Source of the DNA: a virus
Reading direction: 5' to 3' (one strand)
Virus record (IMG/VR): IMGVR_UViG_3300022674_000045
Location: 1 to 64,000 of that record
DNA: 64,000 nucleotides
The stretch's first letter is position 1. Each line of letters begins with the position of its first letter. Positions 19,656-29,191 of this stretch are shown here, piece by piece. A program made the position numbers and the translations under genes. The notes below the pieces were generated by a model. The model had not been told where the DNA came from. It ran no database searches and saw only the letters and a list, made by a program, of their open reading frames with translations.

Positions 19656-20483
19656 ATGACATACAAAGATCAGTTCGTAGCGGAAGTAAAGTGTAGAGGA
19701 AAAATCCTCAGAGTAACAGACGATGTAGTTCGCCTTCCTTTTGGGAGTGAATATTCACTCTATCTCAAAAACCTCAGTTCAAGAAAAGCATCTGTGAATA
19801 TTTCCATTGATGGTGAAGATGTCCTTGATAATAACTCATTAATTCTTGAACCAAATTCTAGTGTTGAACTTGAAGGATTCTTAAGAGGAACAACTGCAAG
19901 AAACAAATTCAAGTTCATTAATAAAACAAAAGAAATTCAAGAGCATAGGGGGGATAAGATAGATGACGGAATCATCAGAATCGAATTTGCCTACGAAAGA
20001 CAACACCCCATTAGACTTCTCGTCGAAGATATTGAACATCACCATCATCACCATCATCATCACCACCACAATTTTCGCCATTGGAATTACGGCGATTGGT
20101 TTGTTGGCGATTCTACAGTAAGATATAGTACAAGTGGAGATGGCGTTCATGCAATGTCGATTAAGAACTCTGATACTGTTGGGGCAACACAAAATGCCTT
20201 TTATTCTTCAAATGTTACAGTCGAATCTCTTGGAGTTGGGCAACCTTTATCAGATGAAGGTATAACAGTAAAGGGATCAGAATGTAACCAAGATTTCAGG
20301 TATGCATCTATTGGGGAACTTGAACAAGCTGAAGTCATTATTATTCGATTAAAAGGTATTACAGGATCACAACCTATACAACAACCGATTACTGTTGATA
20401 CAAAATTAACATGTAAAACTTGTGGCAGAGTTTCAAAATCATCAGCAAAATTCTGCTCAAATTGTGGAACATTTTTAGAATAA
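19656..20483 (+). CDS. Beta-rich protein with an 11-His tract and C-terminal zinc ribbon
   Basis: SD AGGAG; His11 at 20037-20069; CKTC...CSNCG. Confidence 0.75.
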   Translation: MTYKDQFVAEVKCRGKILRVTDDVVRLPFGSEYSLYLKNLSSRKASVNISIDGEDVLDNNSLILEPNSSVELEGFLRGTTARNKFKFINKTKEIQEHRGDKIDDGIIRIEFAYERQHPIRLLVEDIEHHHHHHHHHHHNFRHWNYGDWFVGDSTVRYSTSGDGVHAMSIKNSDTVGATQNAFYSSNVTVESLGVGQPLSDEGITVKGSECNQDFRYASIGELEQAEVIIIRLKGITGSQPIQQPITVDTKLTCKTCGRVSKSSAKFCSNCGTFLE

Positions 20484-20509
20484 AACCAAAAAAATTGTAG
20501 GGGATTCTT

Positions 20510-20546
20510 AGAGGGTATGGTCACTTTGGTCATACCCTCTTTTTTC
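20510..20546 (+). terminator. Intrinsic terminator
   Basis: AGAGGGTATG/CATACCCTCT stem followed by a T-tract. Confidence 0.85.
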
Positions 20547-20578
20547 CGCTGGTTAAAGATCCAAACCTGTCAGATAAT

Positions 20579-20594
20579 TAGAACAAAATATAAA
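20579..20594 (+). promoter_or_regulatory. Putative late promoter, class L (TAGAACAAAATATAAA)
   Basis: Follows a terminator and precedes the baseplate/sheath operon. Confidence 0.7.
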
Positions 20595-20632
20595 GAACTC
20601 TTTACATCATCACATAAAAAGGATAATTCGCT

Positions 20633-21322
20633 ATGAGCAAAAAAGTAGAAACAATAGAGATTAATGCTGTTGAAAAATATGGGGAATGTTTGGGCGATTC
20701 TGTTAATAGAAAAAATGTAGATCGTGCCAAACCACAAGGTTATGTTGAGATTTGGGAGCAGGGTGATGATGGTCAAAAGAAATTAGTTGGAAAACATAAT
20801 CTTGTATTATATGGTGGGAGAGCCTGGTTAGCTCAAAGAATAGTTAATTTAGATAATCCTCTTGCTGTATTTCCATCTACAAAAGATGAATATATATCAT
20901 GGTTTGGGTTGGGAGATGGAGGTGTTATTCCAGGAGATCCATTTGACCCAATGCCACCAGTTCTTCCAGATGTAGAATTAGCAAGTAGAGCTATGATAAC
21001 TGCGACTGATTCTTCAGCAGCTGACTACCATGTTGTAGGTCCAGGATACCCAGAAGACGGTTATTACAAGATACCATTTGATACAATTCAATTTGAACCG
21101 GATTTAGAAAATGACGGATTTTATTTAGTTATCAAAATTACAGTAACGGTTAAAGCAGATTATGCTAATAATTATCAATTAAGTGAGGCAGGATTATATA
21201 CCTGCGAATCAAGTGCTGCCGGATATTCCGGCGATTTTCATATTTTTTCAAGAGTTACTTTTCCATCAATTGTTAAAACCTCTGACCGTAGATTAATTTT
21301 TAACTGGTACTTGTATGTGTAA
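20633..21322 (+). CDS. Baseplate/tail-collar-fibre-like protein
   Basis: HNLVLYGGR...FGLGDGG...LSEAGLY...FSRVTFPSIVKT pattern. Confidence 0.65.
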   Translation: MSKKVETIEINAVEKYGECLGDSVNRKNVDRAKPQGYVEIWEQGDDGQKKLVGKHNLVLYGGRAWLAQRIVNLDNPLAVFPSTKDEYISWFGLGDGGVIPGDPFDPMPPVLPDVELASRAMITATDSSAADYHVVGPGYPEDGYYKIPFDTIQFEPDLENDGFYLVIKITVTVKADYANNYQLSEAGLYTCESSAAGYSGDFHIFSRVTFPSIVKTSDRRLIFNWYLYV

Positions 21323-21335
21323 GAAGGAGATTTAG

Positions 21336-21956
21336 ATGTCTGGTAGTTTCAGAAAAGGAAAGACATATGAAGAATTATATGGGAAAGAAAAATCTAAAGA
21401 ACTAAAAGAAAGATTATCAAGAAAAACTAAAAAACAAACTGGCATCAAAAATTCTTTTTATGGAAAACATCATTCTCAAAAAACTAAAGTAGTTCTAAGA
21501 AATAAAAGATTGGGGAAAACATATGAGGAGCTATATGGAGAAGAAAAAGCTCTTGATATTAAAAGCAAATTAAGGAATGATAGTAAGAAATGGTATTCTG
21601 ATTATTATACAGAATATGATAGTAGATTTTTTGATCCTGCATTTAGAAAAAAGATTTTACTAGATCAGAACTTTATATGTCCAATATGTTTTGGAAAATT
21701 GGGGATAAAATTTAAGAAAAATTTACATCATATTAATTACATTAAAAAAGACAATAGAAGGAGAAACTTAGTTTATCTTTGTGTTGGGTGTCACACAACT
21801 ACAAATTCAAACAGAGATTTTTGGAAAGCGTATCTAAAAAAAATAAATAGAGAAATTATTAGAACAGAAAAATTACCAAGGAGATTGTTATCATTGATAG
21901 AGAGAACATTTTCAATAAATGATAGAGAAAAAATAATAACGCGGAGGATACGCTAA
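21336..21956 (+). mobile_element. Free-standing HNH homing endonuclease with NUMOD3-type DNA-binding repeats
   Basis: GKTYEELYG x2, NSFYGKHHS, CPIC...HHINY.K.DN...NLVYLCVGCH. Confidence 0.85.
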
Positions 21957-23905
21957 TGGCAAATGTTTCACCAGGAGTTTATACAAAAATCATTGACCTT
22001 TCTCAGTTCGTGCAAGCAGTACCATCTACAATTGGTTTCATTGCTGCAATCACAGAAAAAGGCGAAGACAACGTCCTAAAGTTCATTGGTTCAAGAGCAG
22101 ATTTCATTTCAGAGTTTGGAGAGCCAAACATTTCAGTTTACGGAAAAAATTATGGGCAAGGTCCATATTGTGCGTACAACTATTTGGGCGAATCTGGCGC
22201 TCTTTATTTTATGAGAGCTTTATCAGATAATGCTGCATACTCAAACTTAAGAATTGATGCTACTTTTGGAGCAACTGACACAACAGCAGGATTTCAAATT
22301 ACATGGGTAGAAGGGATGAACTCTACAGATGAGTTTGGAACTAACCTTCAACAATCAGGAACAACATACCCAATTTGTTTCTTGCGTCCAATTGGTCGTG
22401 GTCAATGGTATAACAAATTAGGCGTCAGATTAACAGAAGTTTCAAATCCAACATTGTGGGATCAATACATTTTGGATGTTTACGAAAGACAATCAGATGG
22501 ACAAGATGTAATCATCGAATCATTTGAAGTATCTTTCAACCCTCTAGCAAGAGATAATTCTGGAGAATCATTGTGGATCGTTGATATTCTAAATCTGTAT
22601 TCATCAGTTCTACGTGCAGAAATGTACATTGATGAAGATACAGATAGATTATCGGATGGTTATGATATTAATATCAGAGTTTATGATAAAGATATCGGAA
22701 CAACAACAGTTACATTGACAGGTGGATCAGCAGATATTACTGATATTAAACAAGATTTCAGTGATTGGGAATCTGCTGCAGGCCCAGCCGATTATGTTCT
22801 TATCGCAAAAGATGGTAAGGGAAATGAGATTTGGGGTTGGTTAGGAGCTTCTTCAGGAACTGACAATGAAACAGTCGCAGTATATACTGATAGAATGTTG
22901 ACAAGTCAAGCTTGGAATGGTGCTACAGCCGACTTCGATATAAGCACAGATATCGAATACAGAGTCAAGAAATCTTATGGTTCTGTCGCTGGTGCATTTA
23001 CATCCTCTGAACCTGTACCAATGAGAAAAGGAACAGACGGTGACTTGCTACAAGCTGATGGTTCATTAGATACAGTAGAAGCAACAACTCTATTGAATCA
23101 AGCATATTCAGGAATCATTGATGATACAGTTCTTGATAATGAGAACACATATTTTTCAATGGTATTTGATTGTGGTTATCCATCAGATGTTAAAACAGCA
23201 ATTAGCACATTATGTCAGACAAGACGTGACTGTGTTGGTATTATGGATAATGGTGATAATGCATCGGTTAATGCTGCACTATCTTCAAGAAATAACACCA
23301 ATACATTCAACAATTACTTTGTTGCACTTTATGAATCTTACAATAAAGTGTTTGACTCATTTACAGCACAAGACGTATGGTTCTCACCAATTTATCATAT
23401 GTCTTATATTCTCCCAAGAAATGATACAGTTGCTGAGTTGTGGTTTGCTGCTGCAGGATTTAACAGAGCAGCAATTGATACAATTAAAGAATTGAGATAC
23501 AACCCAAGACTTGGTCAGAGAGATCAAATGTACTTGAAACAATTGAACCCGATTGTTAAATTCAATCCTGGTTATGTTGTTTGGGGTCAGTTGACATCTC
23601 AAGCCAAAGCAAGTGCCCTACAGGATCTGAACATTGTTCGTCTTGTTCTTTACATCAAGAGAGCATTTGAGGATTTCTGCCGTTTCTTCATTTTTGAACA
23701 AAATGATGAAATTACATGGTCGCTTGTTGCTGGTCAGCTTGTTGAGTTTCTAGAAGTTATCAGAAAGAAACGTGGTCTGTATAACTATACAGTTGATGTT
23801 GGTGCCACAGATTACGAAAGAAAGACAAAGAAATTTCATGTCAATGTAACACTAGAACCTACAAGAGTTGTTGAGCAAATTGAGTTGAATTTCTTTATCG
23901 TATAA
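21956..23905 (+). CDS. Contractile tail sheath protein
   Basis: MANVSPGVYTKIIDLS N-terminus; WFAAAGFNR, LNPI, VVWGQLT, LNIVRL, FIFEQND and PTRVVEQIELNF sheath motifs. Confidence 0.95.
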   Translation: MANVSPGVYTKIIDLSQFVQAVPSTIGFIAAITEKGEDNVLKFIGSRADFISEFGEPNISVYGKNYGQGPYCAYNYLGESGALYFMRALSDNAAYSNLRIDATFGATDTTAGFQITWVEGMNSTDEFGTNLQQSGTTYPICFLRPIGRGQWYNKLGVRLTEVSNPTLWDQYILDVYERQSDGQDVIIESFEVSFNPLARDNSGESLWIVDILNLYSSVLRAEMYIDEDTDRLSDGYDINIRVYDKDIGTTTVTLTGGSADITDIKQDFSDWESAAGPADYVLIAKDGKGNEIWGWLGASSGTDNETVAVYTDRMLTSQAWNGATADFDISTDIEYRVKKSYGSVAGAFTSSEPVPMRKGTDGDLLQADGSLDTVEATTLLNQAYSGIIDDTVLDNENTYFSMVFDCGYPSDVKTAISTLCQTRRDCVGIMDNGDNASVNAALSSRNNTNTFNNYFVALYESYNKVFDSFTAQDVWFSPIYHMSYILPRNDTVAELWFAAAGFNRAAIDTIKELRYNPRLGQRDQMYLKQLNPIVKFNPGYVVWGQLTSQAKASALQDLNIVRLVLYIKRAFEDFCRFFIFEQNDEITWSLVAGQLVEFLEVIRKKRGLYNYTVDVGATDYERKTKKFHVNVTLEPTRVVEQIELNFFIV

Positions 23906-23912
23906 TTTAACC

Positions 23913-23955
23913 AAAAAAGGAGTCACCCAGATAGAATCTAGGTGGCTCCTTTCCT
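23913..23955. terminator. Bidirectional intrinsic terminator
   Basis: AAAGGAGTCACC/GGTGGCTCCTTT stem between convergent genes. Confidence 0.8.
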
Positions 23956-23959
23956 CCGT

Positions 23960-24469
23960 CTATGGAGTAAGTGGTTTACCGAGTGGAACGACGGAAAGAG
24001 AATGTTTCAAAGACCCATCCAATAGCTTTGTCGTATAAACCAAATATACCAGAGTGTCTTTTTTCTCATCATAAAACCTTGCGATTTTCATTACCTTTGT
24101 GCCGATTGATTTGCTGATCTTTGCAATATCAGTTTTTGTTGAAGTGTCTATAACACGTTTCCCATCTTTAATCGGAATTTCTCCAGTAAGTCTTGCGGCA
24201 ATCGCTGTATTGCTTGGGTCTGCCATTGCAAGAAACTTTCCACTATCAATGGTTGTGAAGAAGATCGAAACAAAGGGGTTATCAGGATCATCAACCCGAA
24301 TGACTTTGATCTTATCATTCCCTTGAACCAACCGTTTGACACAATCAACTTCCCCTATTTGTACAGCAGTCGTTTCTGCATTTACCATTCCATAAGCAAA
24401 TAGAATACTAAGGATTATAGACAAAATGCTTATGATTATTCCGTTTCTTTTCATACTATTTCGTTTCAT
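23960..24469 (-). CDS. creA: CreA-family exported protein
   Basis: Signal peptide followed by IGEVD...KIKV..VDDPD...DPSNTAI...RFYDEKKDTLVYLVYT.KL.DGS.K.SLSVVP, matching the CreA pattern. Confidence 0.8.
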   Translation of the reverse strand: MKRNSMKRNGIIISILSIILSILFAYGMVNAETTAVQIGEVDCVKRLVQGNDKIKVIRVDDPDNPFVSIFFTTIDSGKFLAMADPSNTAIAARLTGEIPIKDGKRVIDTSTKTDIAKISKSIGTKVMKIARFYDEKKDTLVYLVYTTKLLDGSLKHSLSVVPLGKPLTP

Positions 24470-24470
24470 A

Positions 24471-24950
24471 TTAATTCCTTTCATCCAGGTTAAATGTTGC
24501 GCTGTTTATTTCAGCTTGATATTTTTGAACTCTGTTCATTGCTGTTAATGCTTCTTCATAAACTTCTTCTTGGAATAGCTGAACCACATTTATAATCAGA
24601 AAGCTTATTCTTTTCACTTGCTGACCACGGATATCATTACGATCCCCACTATTCCAATACTTTGCCCAAGACATAAATACATCTTTGTCCATATCACGTC
24701 TCATTGGGTTATCAACTGTTTTTAATATTAACCCCAATTCCTGAAACAGTTGTAAAACAAAGAAACATATATTTGGATTTATTAATGCATTATTCATTGA
24801 GCAAAACACAGGAGCATTTTTGATTCCCTCTATGAATATATTGGCTTGTGTAATATTCATATTTTTTACTTGATATATACCGATTTGTTCTCTCATATGT
24901 AGATGACTCTGAAGATCGAAATCTTGGGGAATAGCAACAAACTCGGCCAT
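24471..24950 (-). CDS. Hypothetical protein (start uncertain; frame open to 25127)
   Basis: ORF fills the gap within the island. Confidence 0.5.
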   Translation of the reverse strand: MAEFVAIPQDFDLQSHLHMREQIGIYQVKNMNITQANIFIEGIKNAPVFCSMNNALINPNICFFVLQLFQELGLILKTVDNPMRRDMDKDVFMSWAKYWNSGDRNDIRGQQVKRISFLIINVVQLFQEEVYEEALTAMNRVQKYQAEINSATFNLDERN

Positions 24951-25008
24951 TACATAGTTATCAACAAGTGTATTTAATCTTCTTTCATCACGACGACTGG
25001 GATATTTT

Positions 25009-25518
25009 TCAGTGGTGGCTGATTCTAATATAGGGCAGTCTCCCCCAGTCATTTCGGTGTTCAAGGTCAGCAAAGACCCCACCATCTTCGTCACCGTATT
25101 CAAAATTGTAGACATAACATCCCTCATATTGTGTTAGGTATTTGATTGCTTTTTCCAGAGCATATTGCTCTTTCATCAGATCATTTTCTAACCACCTTTG
25201 TGCCTGCCATTGTTTATTATTTTTAAAGTCTTCTTTAGAGACTTCATGTTTTTCACAAAACCCATCTTCGCTTCTCCATGAATCAATTTCTGGAATATAA
25301 TCATGCTTCAATTTATCTGCCAAACGATTAACAGCTTCTTTGGAGTTTGGGTTTGCTTTATATGGTCTTTGCTCAACAGAATCTCTTGTAATAATATTAA
25401 TAAAATCTTCTCTCCGTATAAATGCTCGAACCTCTTTATCGGACTTGATTTTTCTTGGCCAAAAGACAATAAATGAAGAAGAACTTGAATTTGTTACAAA
25501 ATCAGTTTTTATCTTCAT
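25009..25518 (-). CDS. FVTNSSSSSF-motif protein 2
   Basis: N-terminus MKIKTDFVTNSSSSSF. Confidence 0.8.
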   Translation of the reverse strand: MKIKTDFVTNSSSSSFIVFWPRKIKSDKEVRAFIRREDFINIITRDSVEQRPYKANPNSKEAVNRLADKLKHDYIPEIDSWRSEDGFCEKHEVSKEDFKNNKQWQAQRWLENDLMKEQYALEKAIKYLTQYEGCYVYNFEYGDEDGGVFADLEHRNDWGRLPYIRISHH

Positions 25519-25895
25519 CTATCCTCCCAACATTTTTCTATATGCCCGACCTCAACATCAATACCCAAAGTCGATTTTAAACCATCATGTACTCTTTGTT
25601 TAAATTGACCAAGGGTTTCATTCTCTTTCATTTCGGTATATGGAATTCCGATCATTGGGGTTCCATCTCCATACGGGTGTCCTGTCGAAAAGTCAAAATC
25701 ATGATCTTCAAATAAAGCTTCGATGTACTCCAAAGGATAGTTCCGGACATCTTCTAATGTTATGTCTTCATCTTTACATGCTTCTCTGATCTTTGGAAGC
25801 AAATCTTCGGGGATCAAACTTCCTTCAATATAGGCACCGATTACTACAAATGAACAAGAACTTGAATTTGTTACAAACTCACTTTTTATTTTCAT
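25515..25895 (-). CDS. FVTNSSS-motif protein 1
   Basis: N-terminus MKIKSEFVTNSSSCSF; SD AGGAG. Confidence 0.8.
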   Translation of the reverse strand: MKIKSEFVTNSSSCSFVVIGAYIEGSLIPEDLLPKIREACKDEDITLEDVRNYPLEYIEALFEDHDFDFSTGHPYGDGTPMIGIPYTEMKENETLGQFKQRVHDGLKSTLGIDVEVGHIEKCWEDR

Positions 25896-25907
25896 TACAC
25901 TTCTCCT

Positions 25908-26900
25908 TTACAGACCAAGAGGACAACAGGCATTGTTCTTGGTTAAGATTTTTCTAAAGTTATCAAACGATTTGCTTTCATCCCAAATTTCATGAAGGCC
26001 ATTTTCAATTGGAACCGCCCAACTGTTTTCATCTGCAAAACTACAGGGCATGAATTTCATATCTGGTGTAATATATGCTGACATCCTTGATGCTTCACAT
26101 GTATCAACACTTGCTTTCTGTAATGCAGATGGATCACCATATTTCAAAACATGATTTACAAGACAACTATCCATTCCGACTTTGAATCTCGATTTTGGAT
26201 TGAATATGATACTTGAGAAAGCACGGATTTGTGCTTCTGTCGGAATTAAGAACTTCAGGTTTGAACCTGCTCCATGAGGTTTAAACAAAAGAAATACAAC
26301 AGCATTTAAACCTGTATGGTCGAACTTTTTCCACAGGCCGGGCAGTTCACCGCCGACCAATCCCCAACATTTGATATATGATTTGGATGAAAAAATCTGA
26401 TGTATATTAGTTTTAATTCCTGCTTTAATAAAACGATCCAATGCATCATATGTGTAATCCTTTTCATAATCACTCACAGCAACAGCACCACACATCTTGG
26501 ATATTTCAATCTGTTCATCAGTTAGACCAATTCCACTGGTTGTATAATTGGGAACTACATTATGTTTCCTACAATATTCAAGCATCTCTGCAAAATGGGG
26601 ATGATGATTTGGATCCCCACGCCCACCAAGAGCAACCTGATTAACATGATAAGATGTCTCATCAATGATCTGTTTGAAGTCTGAGAGCTTCATATTCGGG
26701 CGATCTATATGCCCTTGATAACAGAATGGGCACTTATGTTTGCACGTTCCCATGACGCCTATATCTAGCAGGGAGGCCATTTTTAAAACGAATGGGTCTG
26801 GATGACCGTGAACTCCACGGGTTATTTCAAGACCACTTTGTGTATTGAATAATATTTCATATTGATGGTTTTTGAAATGTTTGTCAAATTTGAGAATCAT
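25908..26900 (-). CDS. Radical SAM protein with SPASM/Twitch-like C-terminus
   Basis: CKHKCPFC (CxxxCxxC), ALGGRGDP, NYTTSG, and C-terminal CEAS...YITPD...PCSF...CP. Confidence 0.9.
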   Translation of the reverse strand: MILKFDKHFKNHQYEILFNTQSGLEITRGVHGHPDPFVLKMASLLDIGVMGTCKHKCPFCYQGHIDRPNMKLSDFKQIIDETSYHVNQVALGGRGDPNHHPHFAEMLEYCRKHNVVPNYTTSGIGLTDEQIEISKMCGAVAVSDYEKDYTYDALDRFIKAGIKTNIHQIFSSKSYIKCWGLVGGELPGLWKKFDHTGLNAVVFLLFKPHGAGSNLKFLIPTEAQIRAFSSIIFNPKSRFKVGMDSCLVNHVLKYGDPSALQKASVDTCEASRMSAYITPDMKFMPCSFADENSWAVPIENGLHEIWDESKSFDNFRKILTKNNACCPLGL

Positions 26901-27274
26901 AACTTTTTCATTCCTTTCTCAGGTTTTTTATCTTCGATTGGTTTAAGTTCTTCAATTTTTTCTTCTTTCTTTTTGACTATTTCCTCTTTGTCGTTCGACT
27001 CATTTTCTATTTGATTCTCCTTTTCTTCCGGTTTAAGGAATTCCTCTTTTGCTTTTTCAAATTCTTTTTTTGCCTCATTGATAAATACTTTAGCTTCTTC
27101 TTTAAGATTATTCGCACTTTCTTTTAATGTTTCGGATATTTGTTGTTTATCAGAAGTTTTTATAACTTTAACCTCTTTTTTGTCAGCATCATCATCTGAA
27201 AAAAATACATTGTACGCAATTATCAGAAAAACTATCGTGCTGATACTAATTCCTCCACCACTTTTTCTTGCCAT
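26897..27274 (-). CDS. Single-TM membrane protein with charged coiled-coil tail
   Basis: Start 27274 after GGAGG; N-terminal TM; Glu/Lys-rich remainder. Confidence 0.7.
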   Translation of the reverse strand: MARKSGGGISISTIVFLIIAYNVFFSDDDADKKEVKVIKTSDKQQISETLKESANNLKEEAKVFINEAKKEFEKAKEEFLKPEEKENQIENESNDKEEIVKKKEEKIEELKPIEDKKPEKGMKKL

Positions 27275-27321
27275 TTTTTCCTCCATTAAAAAATAAAGTC
27301 AAATCATTTCATTTATTAGAT

Positions 27322-27336
27322 ATTAATATATATAGA
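27322..27336 (-). promoter_or_regulatory. Putative class E promoter (TCTATATATATTAAT)
   Basis: Exact repeat of the 19524-19538 motif. Confidence 0.75.
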
Positions 27337-27371
27337 TGATGGGTTATTTATCAACGATATGCTAACAAGTT

Positions 27372-27387
27372 TAGAACAAAATATAAA
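27372..27387 (+). promoter_or_regulatory. Putative class L promoter (TAGAACAAAATATAAA)
   Basis: Identical 16-mer to 20579-20594; precedes the tail tube operon. Confidence 0.7.
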
Positions 27388-27407
27388 ATCGCCTTGCCGG
27401 TAATAGT

Positions 27408-27935
27408 ATGGACATTATAAATAAAATATTAGAAAAACGTAAAGATAACGAAGAAGCAGCTGGGGGTTTTGCAATTGATTCGTTTCCAGAGACTCCTAAA
27501 AAGAAAAAACGTCAAATAATTAAAACCCTTTATCCAGAATCAAAAGAGGAAAAAGTTCCCAGACGTGCTATGATTGATTTGGATGGAACAATTCATAAAT
27601 ATTCAAATGGTTACCAAGATGGTGAAATTTATGATGATGCTTTTGATGGAGCAAAGGAAGTTATTGATTGGTTAAAAAGACAAGGCTATGAAATTGTCAT
27701 TTTCACCACAAGAGCTTCGGAACAAAATGCTGAAGAACTTGGTGGTGATCATGAGGATCAAATTAAAAAGATTGGACAATGGCTTAATAAACACGGAATA
27801 TATTTTGATAAAATTACTGCTGAGAAATTAGCTGCTGATTTTTATATTGACGACAAAGCCATTCATATACCGAATGGGGACTGGAAAGCAGTTCTAAATG
27901 TAATTAAAAAACGTGTAAAGTATAAGGTTGCTTAG
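27408..27935 (+). CDS. HAD-superfamily phosphatase with N-terminal extension
   Basis: IDLDGT, IFTTR, K, and YIDDK HAD motifs I-IV. Confidence 0.85.
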   Translation: MDIINKILEKRKDNEEAAGGFAIDSFPETPKKKKRQIIKTLYPESKEEKVPRRAMIDLDGTIHKYSNGYQDGEIYDDAFDGAKEVIDWLKRQGYEIVIFTTRASEQNAEELGGDHEDQIKKIGQWLNKHGIYFDKITAEKLAADFYIDDKAIHIPNGDWKAVLNVIKKRVKYKVA

Positions 27936-27954
27936 CAACTAGGAGGACATTAAC

Positions 27955-28692
27955 ATGGGTATGAAATATTCGTTTGCCGAACTAGGACAAAATATTTTAA
28001 CTAGAAAGTTCGGTGGAACCACAGTTGGTGTGGCTGACCCTTATGTAACAGGTTATCATTTTGTGTGGTTTGACAAGATTCCACCAGGATTACCTAACTA
28101 CATTGCTTCTAATGGGATTAGTGGAATTTCTTCAGCAGGAGAAATTCAAAGTATTTTGGCAGCATCATGTCTGTCTGTAACACCTCCAGGAGGAACTCTA
28201 AATAAAGTTGAGTATACAGGTCTTGGTGGAGTTAAATGGGCAGTGCCAGGAAACATCGACTATGGAAACACTGTTTCTGTTAAGTTTCTTGAGTTCAACA
28301 AAACTCCATTGTTAGATATTATGCATAACTGGGTGAAGTTGATTAGAGATTACAGAACTGGTGTTACTGATTTAGAAGATGGTACAGAGGGCGAGGGATA
28401 CACAAAGAAAACTTATGCTGGATTGATGTATTACTGGACAACAGCTCCAGATGCAAAAACCGTTGAATATTATGCAGCATACGATGGAGTATTCCCATCT
28501 AAAGACCCACAAGATTTATTTACCAGTGATGTTGAAACAGTTGGAAGACTTGATCTTGAAATAGAGTTTAATGTTGATTATGCATGGCATGAACCATGGG
28601 TATTATCAAAATGTCAAAGCTTTGCTAATACATTTGCTCAAGTTAAAGAAACTGTTAAAAATTACGGCCCAAGACAATCTTCCGGAACCTAA
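27955..28692 (+). CDS. Tail tube protein (T4 gp19-like)
   Basis: VTPPGGTL...AVPGNIDYGNTVSVKFLE...W...YDGVFP...EIEFNVD tube-fold pattern; context. Confidence 0.75.
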   Translation: MGMKYSFAELGQNILTRKFGGTTVGVADPYVTGYHFVWFDKIPPGLPNYIASNGISGISSAGEIQSILAASCLSVTPPGGTLNKVEYTGLGGVKWAVPGNIDYGNTVSVKFLEFNKTPLLDIMHNWVKLIRDYRTGVTDLEDGTEGEGYTKKTYAGLMYYWTTAPDAKTVEYYAAYDGVFPSKDPQDLFTSDVETVGRLDLEIEFNVDYAWHEPWVLSKCQSFANTFAQVKETVKNYGPRQSSGT

Positions 28693-28704
28693 TAGGGAGA
28701 TAAA

Positions 28705-29172
28705 ATGTTACCAAAATCAGCCCTTCAAACAATTGCTGCGTGTATGGTTTATGATTCGGAATTACCTAAACCATCTAAATTGCAACTGGTGCGGTTCATT
28801 GAATCTGCCAGTGAAAATCAGTTAAAGCATTATATAGTTCATGGAGAGATTGTTAAAGAACATGATGTTATTGTTTCTGAAGTGGCATGGCTTGTTCCTG
28901 CTGCAATTATTGCTGCAGCTTCGGCTGCTGGAAATGCAATTTATAATATGCAGTTTAGCAAAGCAGCAAAAGCATGTCAAAATATGAAAGCGGCTGATAA
29001 AAAAAATTGCATTAGAAGATACAAGATTAATGGAATATCTGGCAAAATTTCAGCTTTAAAACGTGAGATGGGAAAATGTAATCAGACATCCAGACCAGAT
29101 AAATGTAGAAAAATGTTTGATACTTATATCAAGAATGCTGAAAAAAAGATGAGAAAGATACAAGCAACATAA
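28705..29172 (+). CDS. Cys/Lys-rich helical paralog A (putative internal virion protein)
   Basis: SKLQLVRFIESASENQLK; hydrophobic stretch; C...C...KCNQTSRPDKC. Confidence 0.65.
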   Translation: MLPKSALQTIAACMVYDSELPKPSKLQLVRFIESASENQLKHYIVHGEIVKEHDVIVSEVAWLVPAAIIAAASAAGNAIYNMQFSKAAKACQNMKAADKKNCIRRYKINGISGKISALKREMGKCNQTSRPDKCRKMFDTYIKNAEKKMRKIQAT

Positions 29173-29191
29173 TTATTGGAGGTTATAAAAA

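Noticed and set aside
25908-26900. Radical SAM as QueE partnering FolE2
   Set aside because: Lacks the QueE N-terminal F.S.QGEG motif, has SPASM/Twitch-like cysteines, and lies ~23 kb from folE2
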